Shown one piece after another: positions 1 through 8,295 of a stretch of 44,128 nucleotides of DNA. The position numbers and the translations under genes were made by a program. Below the pieces are notes generated by a model. The model worked only from the letters and a program-made list of their open reading frames with translations. It did no database searches and had not been told where the DNA came from. Source of the DNA: a virus. The stretch lies in UHGV virus genome UHGV-0019911; one strand, written 5' to 3'. Numbering within the stretch: position 1 is the first letter of the stretch; every line of letters starts with the position of its first letter.

Positions 1-40
1 CGATAATGACAACAACTCCTATATTTGATATTTTAGGTAG

Positions 41-1579
41 GTGAAGGACAAAGTGAGTAAACGTAAGAATAAAAAATATAAAGCACCTACTGAAACTGTA
101 GGTTTTGTAAATACAGCTAATGATGCAATAAATGTACATAGAGCATTGGATGCTTATCAGAATTTACCTGCTAACTTAGGTGCGGGTGCTAATAACCTTG
201 TGCAAACGGCTAACTATGTGATGGAACGTTTCACATGGGATTATATGACACTCAATATTCTGTTTAGAGATAACTGGATTGCTAAAGCTATTATAGAGAA
301 ACCTGCAAATGAAATGCTTAAAAATGGTTTTACAATTCAAAGCCAGATTGACCCTGATAAAATCCAAGATATTATGCAAGCGTGGACAAGAACAAAAACA
401 AAAGATAAGTTTCTTAAATGCTTAAAGTGGGCGAGGCTATATGGTGGTTGTTTGCTAATTCCTATGTTAGCTAATCAAGGAAATATGTCGGAGCCCCTTG
501 ACTATGATACAATTCTCCCTGATAGTTATAAAGGTTGTTTTACTGTTGATAGATGGTCTGGTGTAAGCCCTTCGCTTGAAGTTGTAGATGACATAAATGA
601 TCCTGATTTTGGGCAGCCTAAGTACTATGATGTAAGCAATAATGCTACTGGAGAAACAATCAGAATCCACCATAGCAGAGTTATTAAAATGATCGGTAGA
701 GAAATGCCGTACTGGGAAGAGCTTGCTGAAACATATTGGGGAGCTTCTGAACTTGAGCATGTGTATACAGAACTTAAAAAGCGTGATGATACTTCAGCAA
801 ACATTAGTTTTCTTATTTTCCTTGCTAATATTCGTGTTTTTAAGATGGAAGGCCTTGGTCGAATGATTAGTATGGGAGATCAAGAAAGTGCACAAAGAGT
901 GTATGAAACAATGAAAAGTATGAATCACCTTATGTGCAATACAGGCACGATGGCAGTAGATAAGGATGATAGCTTTGAAGAGCATCAATATTCTTTCACT
1001 GGAATCAATGATGTGTATGAAAGCTTTATGCTTGATATCTCAGGTGCAGCCGAAATTCCTATTGATAAGTTATTTGGACGTTCTCCTTCTGGCTTTAATT
1101 CAGGAGCAGAAACATTACAAAACTATTATGACACAATAGATGAAAAAAGAGAAACATATGTTAGAGATCCTTTGGAAAAGTTACTCAAGATGATAACTAT
1201 GAGTACGTTAGGTGAAATCCCTGATGATATGGAAATTGTCTTCAATCCTGTTAGAAGGCCGAGTGATTTAGAAAAGAGTGATCTTGCTCAGAAGTATGCA
1301 CAACCTATCATGGATGCATATGCAGGGGGTCTAATAGGCAAGGGTACGGCATTGAGAGAGCTTAAGCAGCAAAGTACATTAACTGGTATATGGACAAACA
1401 TTACAGATGAGATGATACAAGAAGCTCAGGAAGATGAGAAGAAAGCTGCTGAGGAAGAAAGCAATATCAAGAATGAATTGCTAAATGCAGCTAGAAACGG
1501 AGGTAAAAATGAAACTACTACAGAATCTACGAAAGAAACGCCATTTGATGAAAGCAATCAAAACGCTGGATTCAAGTAA
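41..1579 (+). CDS. Phage portal protein (GTG start). If the genome is circular, the start overlaps the wrapped TerL stop as GTGA
   Basis: 512-aa ORF lying directly after the terminase large subunit by wrap-around, and before head morphogenesis. Size and position are typical of a portal; DUF1073-like portal sequence character. Confidence 0.6.
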   Translation: MKDKVSKRKNKKYKAPTETVGFVNTANDAINVHRALDAYQNLPANLGAGANNLVQTANYVMERFTWDYMTLNILFRDNWIAKAIIEKPANEMLKNGFTIQSQIDPDKIQDIMQAWTRTKTKDKFLKCLKWARLYGGCLLIPMLANQGNMSEPLDYDTILPDSYKGCFTVDRWSGVSPSLEVVDDINDPDFGQPKYYDVSNNATGETIRIHHSRVIKMIGREMPYWEELAETYWGASELEHVYTELKKRDDTSANISFLIFLANIRVFKMEGLGRMISMGDQESAQRVYETMKSMNHLMCNTGTMAVDKDDSFEEHQYSFTGINDVYESFMLDISGAAEIPIDKLFGRSPSGFNSGAETLQNYYDTIDEKRETYVRDPLEKLLKMITMSTLGEIPDDMEIVFNPVRRPSDLEKSDLAQKYAQPIMDAYAGGLIGKGTALRELKQQSTLTGIWTNITDEMIQEAQEDEKKAAEEESNIKNELLNAARNGGKNETTTESTKETPFDESNQNAGFK

Positions 1580-1760
1580 TGTCTGGTTTATCGAATACGT
1601 TAACAATAACGGTGATACACGTAGTATGCAGTTAGTAGCTGAAAACTCTAAGGATGCAAAAGGTAAAGCCATTAAAATGCTTTCTGAAATGAACATGAAT
1701 GAAAAATCCATTATTTCTGTTTCTTGTTTATAAATATCTAAAATATTTTTAATTTTCCTA

Positions 1761-1789
1761 TTTACAAATACTTATATCTATGGTATAAT
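1761..1789 (+). promoter_or_regulatory. sigma-A-type promoter, -35 TTTACA (1761-1766), 17-nt spacer, extended -10 TGGTATAAT (1781-1789)
   Basis: Member of a repeated promoter motif family seen 8 times in the window. Confidence 0.6.
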
Positions 1790-1837
1790 AACAATATACC
1801 AATAATTGGTAAATAAAATACAAGGTAGGTACAAATT

Positions 1838-2026
1838 ATGAAAATGTTTGAACATGGTGCGCAGGTCAGAGATTATATCAATTGGGAATATCTTATTCAA
1901 AATGGAAAATGTATTCCAAGTCATGAATTTGAATTGCTCCAACCGTATGAAATAGAAATTCTTTTAAGGACTTATGTTGTTGATGAAATAGATTTCGGAA
2001 GAATTCTGATCTTAGAAAATAAATAA
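1838..2026 (+). CDS. hypothetical small protein (62 aa)
   Basis: ORF with RBS AAGGTAGG 8 nt upstream, immediately downstream of the promoter at 1761. Confidence 0.4.
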   Translation: MKMFEHGAQVRDYINWEYLIQNGKCIPSHEFELLQPYEIEILLRTYVVDEIDFGRILILENK

Positions 2027-2061
2027 TTCAAAAGCTGTCCTATCGGCTATACGGGGAATCT

Positions 2062-2135
2062 GCTCCTTTAGCTCAGTTGGTCAGAGCATCTGGCTCATAA
2101 CCGGACGGTCCAGGGTTCAAATCCCCGAAGGAGCA
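2062..2135 (+). tRNA. tRNA with CAT anticodon (elongator Met, or Ile2 if lysidinylated). Genomically encoded CCA at 2136-2138
   Basis: Manual cloverleaf: 7-bp acceptor GCTCCTT/AAGGAGC, D-arm GCTC..GAGC with a GG loop, anticodon stem TCTGG/CCGGA with loop CTCATAA, T-loop TTCAAAT. 1:72 is a G-C pair, so this is not an initiator. Confidence 0.8.
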
Positions 2136-2141
2136 CCATAT

Positions 2142-2225
2142 GCAGGAATGGTGGAACAGGTAGACACAAGGGCCTTAAAATCCCTCAGCCAAAAAGCTAT
2201 ACGGGTTCGATTCCCGTTTCCTGCA
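2142..2225 (+). tRNA. tRNA-Leu (anticodon TAA), type II with a long variable arm. Encoded CCA at 2226-2228
   Basis: Acceptor GCAGGAA/TTCCTGC, anticodon loop CTTAAAA (U33 followed by TAA), T-arm ACGGG-TTCGATT-CCCGT, 84 nt. Confidence 0.75.
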
Positions 2226-2257
2226 CCATTTATAAATGTTAGAAAGGAACGTGCAAA

Positions 2258-2824
2258 ATGGAAATTAGAAAAACAACTGGTGAAGAACTTCTGAGATATG
2301 GTAAATTCTTTGTTGACAATACATATGCGACGCCCTTCGGAATTTATCGAATTCACATAGTACTATATCATGAAAACTTATTCTTTGTTAAAATGAAGAA
2401 CGGTGAATTCACAGAAGTAACTAACTTAAGTAAAAAGCAAAAGCAGTTAAGAGATCCTAAAAAATTTATTGATGAAACAATTCTGAATATTCTTACTGAA
2501 TTAAGAATCAATCCAAAATACAAGGGTTATGCTTACATTGTGTTTGCAATTAAGAAAGCATTGGATGAGCCTGAATGTTTATATTTTTCAAAATATCAAG
2601 GCTATAAGATCTACGAATATATTCAGAAAGAGTTCAATGTAGAAAAAAGAAATACAATGAGAGTAGCTATTCAGATCGCTATCAATAATTCGTTAAACGG
2701 TGCTAATTATAGTACAATTTGTAAATATTTTGGCGATACAGAAAAAGTTGCTAATGGAAATATGACTCCGATTGAATTTATAGCTGCAATTACAAATTAC
2801 ATAAAAGTTGAGGTATTGAGATGA
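2258..2824 (+). CDS. hypothetical protein (188 aa)
   Basis: ORF with RBS AAAGGA; no recognisable motif. Confidence 0.45.
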   Translation: MEIRKTTGEELLRYGKFFVDNTYATPFGIYRIHIVLYHENLFFVKMKNGEFTEVTNLSKKQKQLRDPKKFIDETILNILTELRINPKYKGYAYIVFAIKKALDEPECLYFSKYQGYKIYEYIQKEFNVEKRNTMRVAIQIAINNSLNGANYSTICKYFGDTEKVANGNMTPIEFIAAITNYIKVEVLR

Positions 2825-3342
2825 AACTTTATAATCGTATTCGTTTGATAATTCTCCTTTCTTGTGTTGCAAGTATGTTGATCATAGCTTGTATCAATAA
2901 TGCTTATGCTGATGATATTGAGGTTGTCCAGGAGGTCGCTGGACCTTGCACAGTCGATATGAACTATATGATCAATATGAATACATATGAAATCGATCAA
3001 GTCGACCAGGCGTCATCTATCGTCCAACCTGAGTATATAGAATTCATTGCCACTGCTTATTGTAGTTGTTCAAAGTGTTGTGGAGTATGGGCAAATAATC
3101 GACCTAACGGTATTGTGTATGGTTCTACAGGAAGAGAACTGATTGAGCAATATAGTATTGCAGTTGATCCCAATGTGATTCCTTATGGTTCTTATGTTGA
3201 AACTGATACTGGTATGAAGTATAGAGCGGATGATTGTGGAGGAGCTATTAAGGGAAATCACATTGATATTTACTTTGTAGACCATGAGAAAGCTTTAGAA
3301 TGGGGAAAGCAAACTATTAAGTTAAGAATTATCGAGGGCTAA
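2821..3342 (+). CDS. secreted 3D-domain protein (MltA/YuiC-like cell-wall-binding or lytic transglycosylase-like) with an N-terminal signal peptide
   Basis: N-terminal hydrophobic signal ending AYA|DD. C-terminal region TAYCSCSKCCG...DPNVIPYGS...DDCGGAIKGNHIDIY is typical of the 3D (Asp-Asp-Asp) domain. Confidence 0.6.
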   Translation: MKLYNRIRLIILLSCVASMLIIACINNAYADDIEVVQEVAGPCTVDMNYMINMNTYEIDQVDQASSIVQPEYIEFIATAYCSCSKCCGVWANNRPNGIVYGSTGRELIEQYSIAVDPNVIPYGSYVETDTGMKYRADDCGGAIKGNHIDIYFVDHEKALEWGKQTIKLRIIEG

Positions 3343-3344
3343 TA

Positions 3345-4181
3345 ATGGAAAATGAAAAGTGGAAAACAGGTTTGAATATTGAACTTGACTTTCTGAGAAG
3401 CTTAAAAACCCTAGTATCTACTTTTACACAAATAGCGCAGGAAACAAACGGTGATATAAATGAATACAAACAGAGGATGCAAGCTTTACAGAATTCTACA
3501 GAGTATGCAAACTATATTGATAATTCTGTTAGAAGAATGGTTACGCCTTTAGCTGTTCAGAACATGGCCACATGGAGAAAGGCAGCTAAAAAGGCAAGCA
3601 AAAATCCTCTGTTTTATTTTATGTTGATGCGTGAATTGAATGATGGGTTAAAGCTAGATATCGAAAGTCAAGTAAAAGAAAATGCAGAGTTAATAAAAAC
3701 ATTACCCATTGATACTGCCAATAAGGTTGTATTTGATATCGAGAAATATACTTTTGAGGGTATACGAGCAGAAGAAATTGCAAATAAGATCACAAAGTAT
3801 ACAGATAAACATGCAAGAGCTAGTGCAAGGCTAATTGCAAGAACCGAAGTTAGTAAGACAACAACAGCATTAACAAGAGCTAGAAGTGAGAACTTAGGGC
3901 TGAATTGGTATATATGGAGAACTGCCCTTGATGGAGATCGTGTTAGAAAATCACATAGAAATATGGAAGGAGTGTTAGTAAATTGGAGTGAACCGCCCTC
4001 ACCCGAAAAGCTAGTTGGCGAAAAGGATGTAGGAAACTATCATGCAGGGAATATCTGGAACTGCCGTTGCTATCCTGAACCTATAGTTGATGAAGATGAT
4101 ATTCCACAAAATCCTAAGGTTTATACACAAGGGAAAATTGAGAGAATGTCAAAAACAAAATTTATAAAAGAATTTATGTAA
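3345..4181 (+). CDS. head morphogenesis protein (SPP1 gp7 / Mu gpF family)
   Basis: C-terminal motif block ARTEVSKTTT...WRTALDGDRVRKSHRNMEG...HAGNIWNCRCY is characteristic of Phage_Mu_F. Confidence 0.8.
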   Translation: MENEKWKTGLNIELDFLRSLKTLVSTFTQIAQETNGDINEYKQRMQALQNSTEYANYIDNSVRRMVTPLAVQNMATWRKAAKKASKNPLFYFMLMRELNDGLKLDIESQVKENAELIKTLPIDTANKVVFDIEKYTFEGIRAEEIANKITKYTDKHARASARLIARTEVSKTTTALTRARSENLGLNWYIWRTALDGDRVRKSHRNMEGVLVNWSEPPSPEKLVGEKDVGNYHAGNIWNCRCYPEPIVDEDDIPQNPKVYTQGKIERMSKTKFIKEFM

Positions 4182-4196
4182 AAAGTATTTACTTTT

Positions 4197-4226
4197 GTTT
4201 TAATATATAGTATAATATAATCATAA
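4197..4226 (+). promoter_or_regulatory. promoter (AAAAGTATTTAC -35 region; -10 TATAAT at 4221-4226, 18-nt spacer)
   Basis: Same motif family as 1761, 6317, 24110 and others. Confidence 0.5.
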
Positions 4227-4246
4227 AATCAATGGAGGTGTGTAAA

Positions 4247-4487
4247 GTGAGTATCAAGAGAACTTTAGACAAAGCAATTAGAAATTGTGATGAAGAAAAA
4301 TATTATGAATTTACTTTTTTCTGATGGAAGTAAATATTATGGAAGTGAAAATGATTTAAGAGATTTTGTTTCTCATTTAACTTTTTCTGAAAAGAAAGAA
4401 TTTGGGAATGTTAAAAGTAAAGTAGAAAAATCAAAAGAATTTGTTGAAAGATGGCGTTCAAAAGCTATGTCTAAGCTTGGTATCTAA
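4247..4487 (+). pseudogene. frameshifted member of the 'LDKAI' small-protein family, paralogous to 5492..5806. GTG start at 4247 with RBS GGAGGTG; frame changes +1 near the A5/T6 runs at 4300-4318
   Basis: Frame 1 encodes SIKRTLDKAIRNCDEEKYYEFTFF then a stop. The overlapping +1 frame (4287..4487) continues ...SDGSKYYGSENDLRDFVSHLTFSEKKE, which aligns to NCHVSDANINVDYSSSDFVERVKSYKKE of the 5492 gene. There is no RBS for an independent start at 4287. Confidence 0.45.
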
Positions 4488-4499
4488 AAGGAGTAACTG

Positions 4500-4715
4500 A
4501 TGAAAGTTCTTGATAAAGCTGTTAAAATCATTGATTCTCCGTTTATTAAAAAGAAAGTTATAAATTCGCTTATAGATGATTTAGAAAACTTGGCTTCAAG
4601 AATTCAGACTGCTTCTGATAATATGGATGACAAGGATTCCGCTTCTCTTCGTAGATCAGCTGAGGATGTTAAAAAGATAGCTAATCATTTGAAGCTATAT
4701 GCTAAGCAGAAGTAA
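4500..4715 (+). CDS. hypothetical small protein, LDKAI family (MKVLDKAVKI...)
   Basis: ORF with an RBS; shares the N-terminal xLDKA[IV] motif. Confidence 0.5.
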   Translation: MKVLDKAVKIIDSPFIKKKVINSLIDDLENLASRIQTASDNMDDKDSASLRRSAEDVKKIANHLKLYAKQK

Positions 4716-4750
4716 TCATTTGTTAAATGTAATTTGTTGGAGTGTTAAGC

Positions 4751-4825
4751 AATGAATGCTATTGATAAAGCTGAAAGATATGCTATTATTTTAATAAACA
4801 AGAGAGGTAATCGAAATGCATTATG
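4751..4825 (+). CDS. mini-ORF (24 aa, MNAIDKAERY...), LDKAI-like N-terminus; overlaps the start of the next gene
   Basis: RBS GGAGTG 7 nt upstream. Second case of a DKA-motif mini-ORF followed by a longer ORF in another frame. Confidence 0.3.
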
Positions 4826-5208
4826 ATACTGTTATGTGTATGATGGTAGAAGATAAGGTAAAGACAAAAGATACAGTTCCTAATGGGTGGAGAGTCACAG
4901 TAGAACAGAATCTTAAAAAGTATTATGTATATTCAAAAGCGTTGTCTGAAAGTGGTGCAAAGCTTGAAGCAATAAAGGAGTATCCTAATGCTACAGTTTT
5001 GAATGTTGAAAGATGTAATGTAAAAGATTCTGATAAAAAGACTATTGATAAAGCAATTAGAACGTGTGATAGCATGTATTCTGATCTCAAAGAAGTTTAT
5101 AATATTCTTGCTGAAGCTTTGAGAAATAGTTCGAATTCAGATAAGATGGTTCAGCTTGTTTCCAAAGCACAAGGAAAAATTCTTGAGTTGGCAGCTAAAT
5201 CAAGATGA
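4816..5208 (+). CDS. hypothetical protein (130 aa) carrying an internal TIDKAIRTCDS motif
   Basis: ORF with RBS GAGAGG; internal copy of the family motif. Confidence 0.5.
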   Translation: MHYDTVMCMMVEDKVKTKDTVPNGWRVTVEQNLKKYYVYSKALSESGAKLEAIKEYPNATVLNVERCNVKDSDKKTIDKAIRTCDSMYSDLKEVYNILAEALRNSSNSDKMVQLVSKAQGKILELAAKSR

Positions 5209-5217
5209 GGTATACAT

Positions 5218-5508
5218 ATGAATACGCTTGATAAAGCTATTGAAATAGTTACATATAATGAAAAATATGATAAGTTTAGACTTGCAATAGCAATCAGAGA
5301 AAAGATAAACGAAGAGAATGATGCTATCAATAGTTATTTATCTCTTGTTTCTCATATTGATGATTATAAAATTGTGAATATCATCAAAGATATTGCAAAT
5401 GAAGAGAAAGTTCATGTTGGAGAGTTACAAGAAATTCTTTATTCTCTTGATCCTGATGAGTTGAAGAAAGAAAAGGAAGGACGTAGAGAAAATGAAAACA
5501 TTAGATAA
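5218..5508 (+). CDS. hypothetical small protein, LDKAI family (MNTLDKAIEIV...)
   Basis: RBS GAGGT; N-terminal family motif. Confidence 0.55.
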   Translation: MNTLDKAIEIVTYNEKYDKFRLAIAIREKINEENDAINSYLSLVSHIDDYKIVNIIKDIANEEKVHVGELQEILYSLDPDELKKEKEGRRENENIR

Positions 5509-5806
5509 GGCTATTCGTAATTGCCATGTAAGTGATGCAAACATAAATGTTGACTATTCTTCATCTGATTTTGTTGAAAGAGTAAAATCTTATAAAAAAG
5601 AAATTATGCAAGTTAAAACACAAAGTGAACTTACAAATAAATTGAGTGAAGCAGCACGTTATATAAATAAATACGTTGCTAATTGGCAAAAACAAAGCAA
5701 GAAAATAACTGAATCAATTTATAAGGTTGATAATGAAATTTCAAAGACTATAAGTGATTATAAAATGCAAGTTTCAAAAGCTGAGCATAGATTTTTAGAT
5801 AAGTAA
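5492..5806 (+). CDS. hypothetical small protein, LDKAI family (MKTLDKAIRNCH...); overlaps the upstream gene by 17 nt
   Basis: N-terminal motif shared with the 4253 peptide at protein level but not at DNA level. Confidence 0.5.
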   Translation: MKTLDKAIRNCHVSDANINVDYSSSDFVERVKSYKKEIMQVKTQSELTNKLSEAARYINKYVANWQKQSKKITESIYKVDNEISKTISDYKMQVSKAEHRFLDK

Positions 5807-5817
5807 GAGGTGATAAT

Positions 5818-5919
5818 ATGCCTGAAGATAAGTTACCTGAAGATTTTGAAAGTATTAAGCCAAGAATTCCTGATTGTTGGGAAGCTGAACCTGTTGTTAT
5901 TAAACAGCAAGGTAAATGA
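5818..5919 (+). CDS. mini-ORF (33 aa) with a strong RBS AGAGGTG
   Basis: Good SD spacing; sits between two annotated ORFs. Confidence 0.3.
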   Translation: MPEDKLPEDFESIKPRIPDCWEAEPVVIKQQGK

Positions 5920-5929
5920 GGTGTGAGCT

Positions 5930-6292
5930 ATGAATATCATTAAAGCAGATTGTGGTTTTGATCCTGCAACTATTGAAAAGTTTGAAGAGGTTACAGTAGA
6001 GCTTTTGAATGATCCCGCAGGATTTGACTTGACTGGTCATAGGAATATGCATGTTAGCCTTGCTTCTGAAAGTTCTGATGTTTCAATTGAGGATTTTGAA
6101 TGTATGCAGCAGGGCGTAGACTATACTATCGTAGCAGCTAATGGTGCAGGTACTAAGAATCAGCTTATATTCCCTGCTAACTCAACTCTTTATTCTGGTG
6201 ATACTATTACACCTGCAAATGGTATGACTATTGTTTATGAGTTCTTTACAGACGGTTACAATATTTACTGTGATAGAAGAATTTACAAATAA
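5930..6292 (+). CDS. hypothetical protein (120 aa)
   Basis: ORF with RBS GAGG. Confidence 0.45.
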   Translation: MNIIKADCGFDPATIEKFEEVTVELLNDPAGFDLTGHRNMHVSLASESSDVSIEDFECMQQGVDYTIVAANGAGTKNQLIFPANSTLYSGDTITPANGMTIVYEFFTDGYNIYCDRRIYK

Positions 6293-6316
6293 TTTGAAAA
6301 AAGTTTCAAAAAAGTA

Positions 6317-6345
6317 TTTACAAACTAAAAAGTTTGTGATATAAT
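6317..6345 (+). promoter_or_regulatory. promoter, -35 TTTACA (6317-6322), 17-nt spacer, extended -10 TGATATAAT (6337-6345)
   Basis: Conserved AAAAAGTATTTACAAA motif family. Confidence 0.6.
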
Positions 6346-6348
6346 AAT

Positions 6349-6440
6349 AAAAATGGGATTGGGGCTACCTCCAACTTTGGTTATTGGGAATCTCCTCATT
6401 CTGTCTCCTTACTTTTCATCATTGCTCCAGTCCCATTTTT
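6349..6440 (+). other. structured 5' leader: 17-bp stem (6349-6365 pairing with 6424-6440, two G-U pairs) enclosing a 58-nt CU-rich loop
   Basis: Arms AAAAATGGGATTGGGGC and GCTCCAGTCCCATTTTT are complementary, lie immediately downstream of the promoter -10 and immediately upstream of the RBS of the 6457 gene. Confidence 0.4.
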
Positions 6441-6456
6441 CATAAGGGTGGTGGAT

Positions 6457-7053
6457 ATGGCTAGTAGATGTTACTATGGATCTAAGATTACAGAACATTT
6501 AGTAAAGTTAGACAATGGATGCTTGCTTTGTGTTGATGTTCCAATTGCTAGAACAGGAACTTATAAGTATTTAAGAGAAGAACTGGGGCTTGATGGTTCT
6601 GGTATCGTTGAAGTTTATAGGGAGCCTGAAGAGGTATTTTCAAACAAAACTTTAGCAAGCTTTAACGGTATGGCTTTCACGGATACTCATCCTGCAGAAG
6701 ATGTAACAAGCGATAACTGGGGCATGTATGCAAAGGGTGAAATCACTAATGCTCATCAGGGCGCTGGTGTAAATGATATTTATCTAATGGTTGACATACT
6801 CGTTAGAGATCCCATTGTAATCAATGAAATAATCAGTGGAGCAAAAAGAGAAATCTCTGCAGGTTATGATTGTGATTATATAGAAAAAGATGGTAAAATT
6901 TATCAGACAAACATTAGGGGAAATCATGCTGCTTTAGTACAATGTGGAAGAGCAGGAAATAAAGTTCGTATAAATGATGATGCAGATAAAATAAAAAACA
7001 ATAAATATAAGTTCGTAAAAGCATTAAGCAAAGCTATCAAAAATGTAAAGTGA
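6457..7053 (+). CDS. putative prohead protease or scaffold-associated protein (DUF2213/XkdF-like). Alternative GTG start at 6448
   Basis: Position between the morphogenesis and scaffold/capsid genes. Family assignment by sequence character only. Confidence 0.35.
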   Translation: MASRCYYGSKITEHLVKLDNGCLLCVDVPIARTGTYKYLREELGLDGSGIVEVYREPEEVFSNKTLASFNGMAFTDTHPAEDVTSDNWGMYAKGEITNAHQGAGVNDIYLMVDILVRDPIVINEIISGAKREISAGYDCDYIEKDGKIYQTNIRGNHAALVQCGRAGNKVRINDDADKIKNNKYKFVKALSKAIKNVK

Positions 7054-7098
7054 TGGTTTTGCTTTTGTTATTATTTATCAAAATGGAGGTATGACAAA

Positions 7099-7767
7099 GT
7101 GGCAAATAAGTATGAATCCACTAAAAAGGTCAGAGATTCTATCAAGACATTTCTGGAGAAGATGAAAGCTTTAGATGAGGACTTGCCTGAAGATCTGGCT
7201 GAAGATGCACTGGAAATGACTGAGGAAGTCAAGGATGCATTAGAAGAGATCGAAACTTGTGATGAAGAGGTTGATCCTCTGGAAATTACTAAAGATGAAG
7301 ATCCCAAGGAAGAAGATATCGAAAAGAAAGTTGAAGATGCTTTTGTTCGTGTTATGCGTAAGTATGGCATGATTACAGATTCTTCCATGAGAGCATTGGA
7401 CGAGCTTGAAGAAAAGATCGAAACTGAAGATGGTTGCGAAGTTATAGATGAGAGTAACGAGGAAGCTGTTACTGTAGATCCTGAAAAGATTAACGATTCC
7501 GCTGCTGAGTTGAAGAAGTTCATTCGTAGCATTAAGCCTGTAATTGCTTCTGTTAAGGATTCTGCACAACGTAAAGCTTTATCTGAAAGCATTGCTAAGT
7601 TTGCGGGTATGTCTGCTAAGGATAACTATTATGCAGTTCTGAAAGCTGCTAAGAGTTCCGCAAAGGATAGTATGCAGAGTTCCGCTAAGAAGATGGCTGA
7701 TGCAGATTATAATTTTGGTATGGAGATTGCAAAGAAGTTCAATCCCCATTATAACAAGGAGGGTTAA
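7099..7767 (+). CDS. putative scaffolding protein (highly acidic, helical). GTG start with RBS GGAGG
   Basis: Glu/Asp/Lys-rich 222-aa protein directly upstream of the capsid genes. Confidence 0.5.
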   Translation: MANKYESTKKVRDSIKTFLEKMKALDEDLPEDLAEDALEMTEEVKDALEEIETCDEEVDPLEITKDEDPKEEDIEKKVEDAFVRVMRKYGMITDSSMRALDELEEKIETEDGCEVIDESNEEAVTVDPEKINDSAAELKKFIRSIKPVIASVKDSAQRKALSESIAKFAGMSAKDNYYAVLKAAKSSAKDSMQSSAKKMADADYNFGMEIAKKFNPHYNKEG

Positions 7768-7771
7768 ACAA

Positions 7772-8278
7772 ATGCCGGGTAAAACTATTGGTATTTCTCT
7801 GTTAAATGGTTATGCAGGTACTCAGAGTCGTACTGCTGATGCTATTATTCAGAATCGTATTGCAAAAGATGTTATTAAGTTTGGTATGGCAGTTACTTTA
7901 ACGCAGGATAATAAATGGGCACTTGTTGTTGACTCTACAACTGCTGCTGATATTGCAGGTGTGGCAGTTCGCGAGGTTGTTCAGGCTAATACTTTTGATC
8001 CCCAGAGCAATCCTGATTATATGCCTAATCAGCCTTGTGATGTAATGGTTAGAGGTAACTGCACTGTTCATTGTCAGCGTGGTGTTCCTAAGTCTGGTTC
8101 TGCTGTTCATGTTCGTATTAAGAAGAACGAAACTTATAAGGATTGTGTTGTTGGTGGGTTTGAGGCAACTGCTGATGATGCGAATACTATTGAAGTAACT
8201 AATATTGAGTGGACTACAGGTGTAATTGATGCTAATGGTATGGCTGAGATCACTATTAAGTCTAGAGCTAAGGGTTAA
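7772..8278 (+). CDS. putative capsid decoration or head-associated protein (DUF2190-like)
   Basis: 168-aa ORF with RBS AAGGAGGGT, lying between the scaffold and the major capsid protein. The upstream in-frame ATG at 7700 was rejected because it overlaps the scaffold gene. Confidence 0.4.
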   Translation: MPGKTIGISLLNGYAGTQSRTADAIIQNRIAKDVIKFGMAVTLTQDNKWALVVDSTTAADIAGVAVREVVQANTFDPQSNPDYMPNQPCDVMVRGNCTVHCQRGVPKSGSAVHVRIKKNETYKDCVVGGFEATADDANTIEVTNIEWTTGVIDANGMAEITIKSRAKG

Positions 8279-8295
8279 TAAGGGAGCGTGATAAA

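Noticed and set aside
1485-1733. 82-aa ORF overlapping the portal 3' end
   Set aside because: It overlaps the portal by about 95 nt. The only non-overlapping starts give 35-60-aa products with a weak RBS, so it was not listed as a feature.
6325-6399. - strand 24-codon mini-ORF with a perfect AAGGAG SD, inside the leader stem-loop
   Set aside because: The SD arises from the CU-rich loop motifs. It lies antisense to the promoter/leader with no - strand promoter, so it is more likely chance. It would be visible in ribosome profiling if real.
7071-7592. 173-aa - strand ORF (Ser-rich), plus the 7240..7569 - strand ORF
   Set aside because: Antisense mirror of the acidic scaffold gene. The low-complexity Ser-rich sequence is a by-product of GAA/GAT-rich coding on the + strand. 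No RBS.
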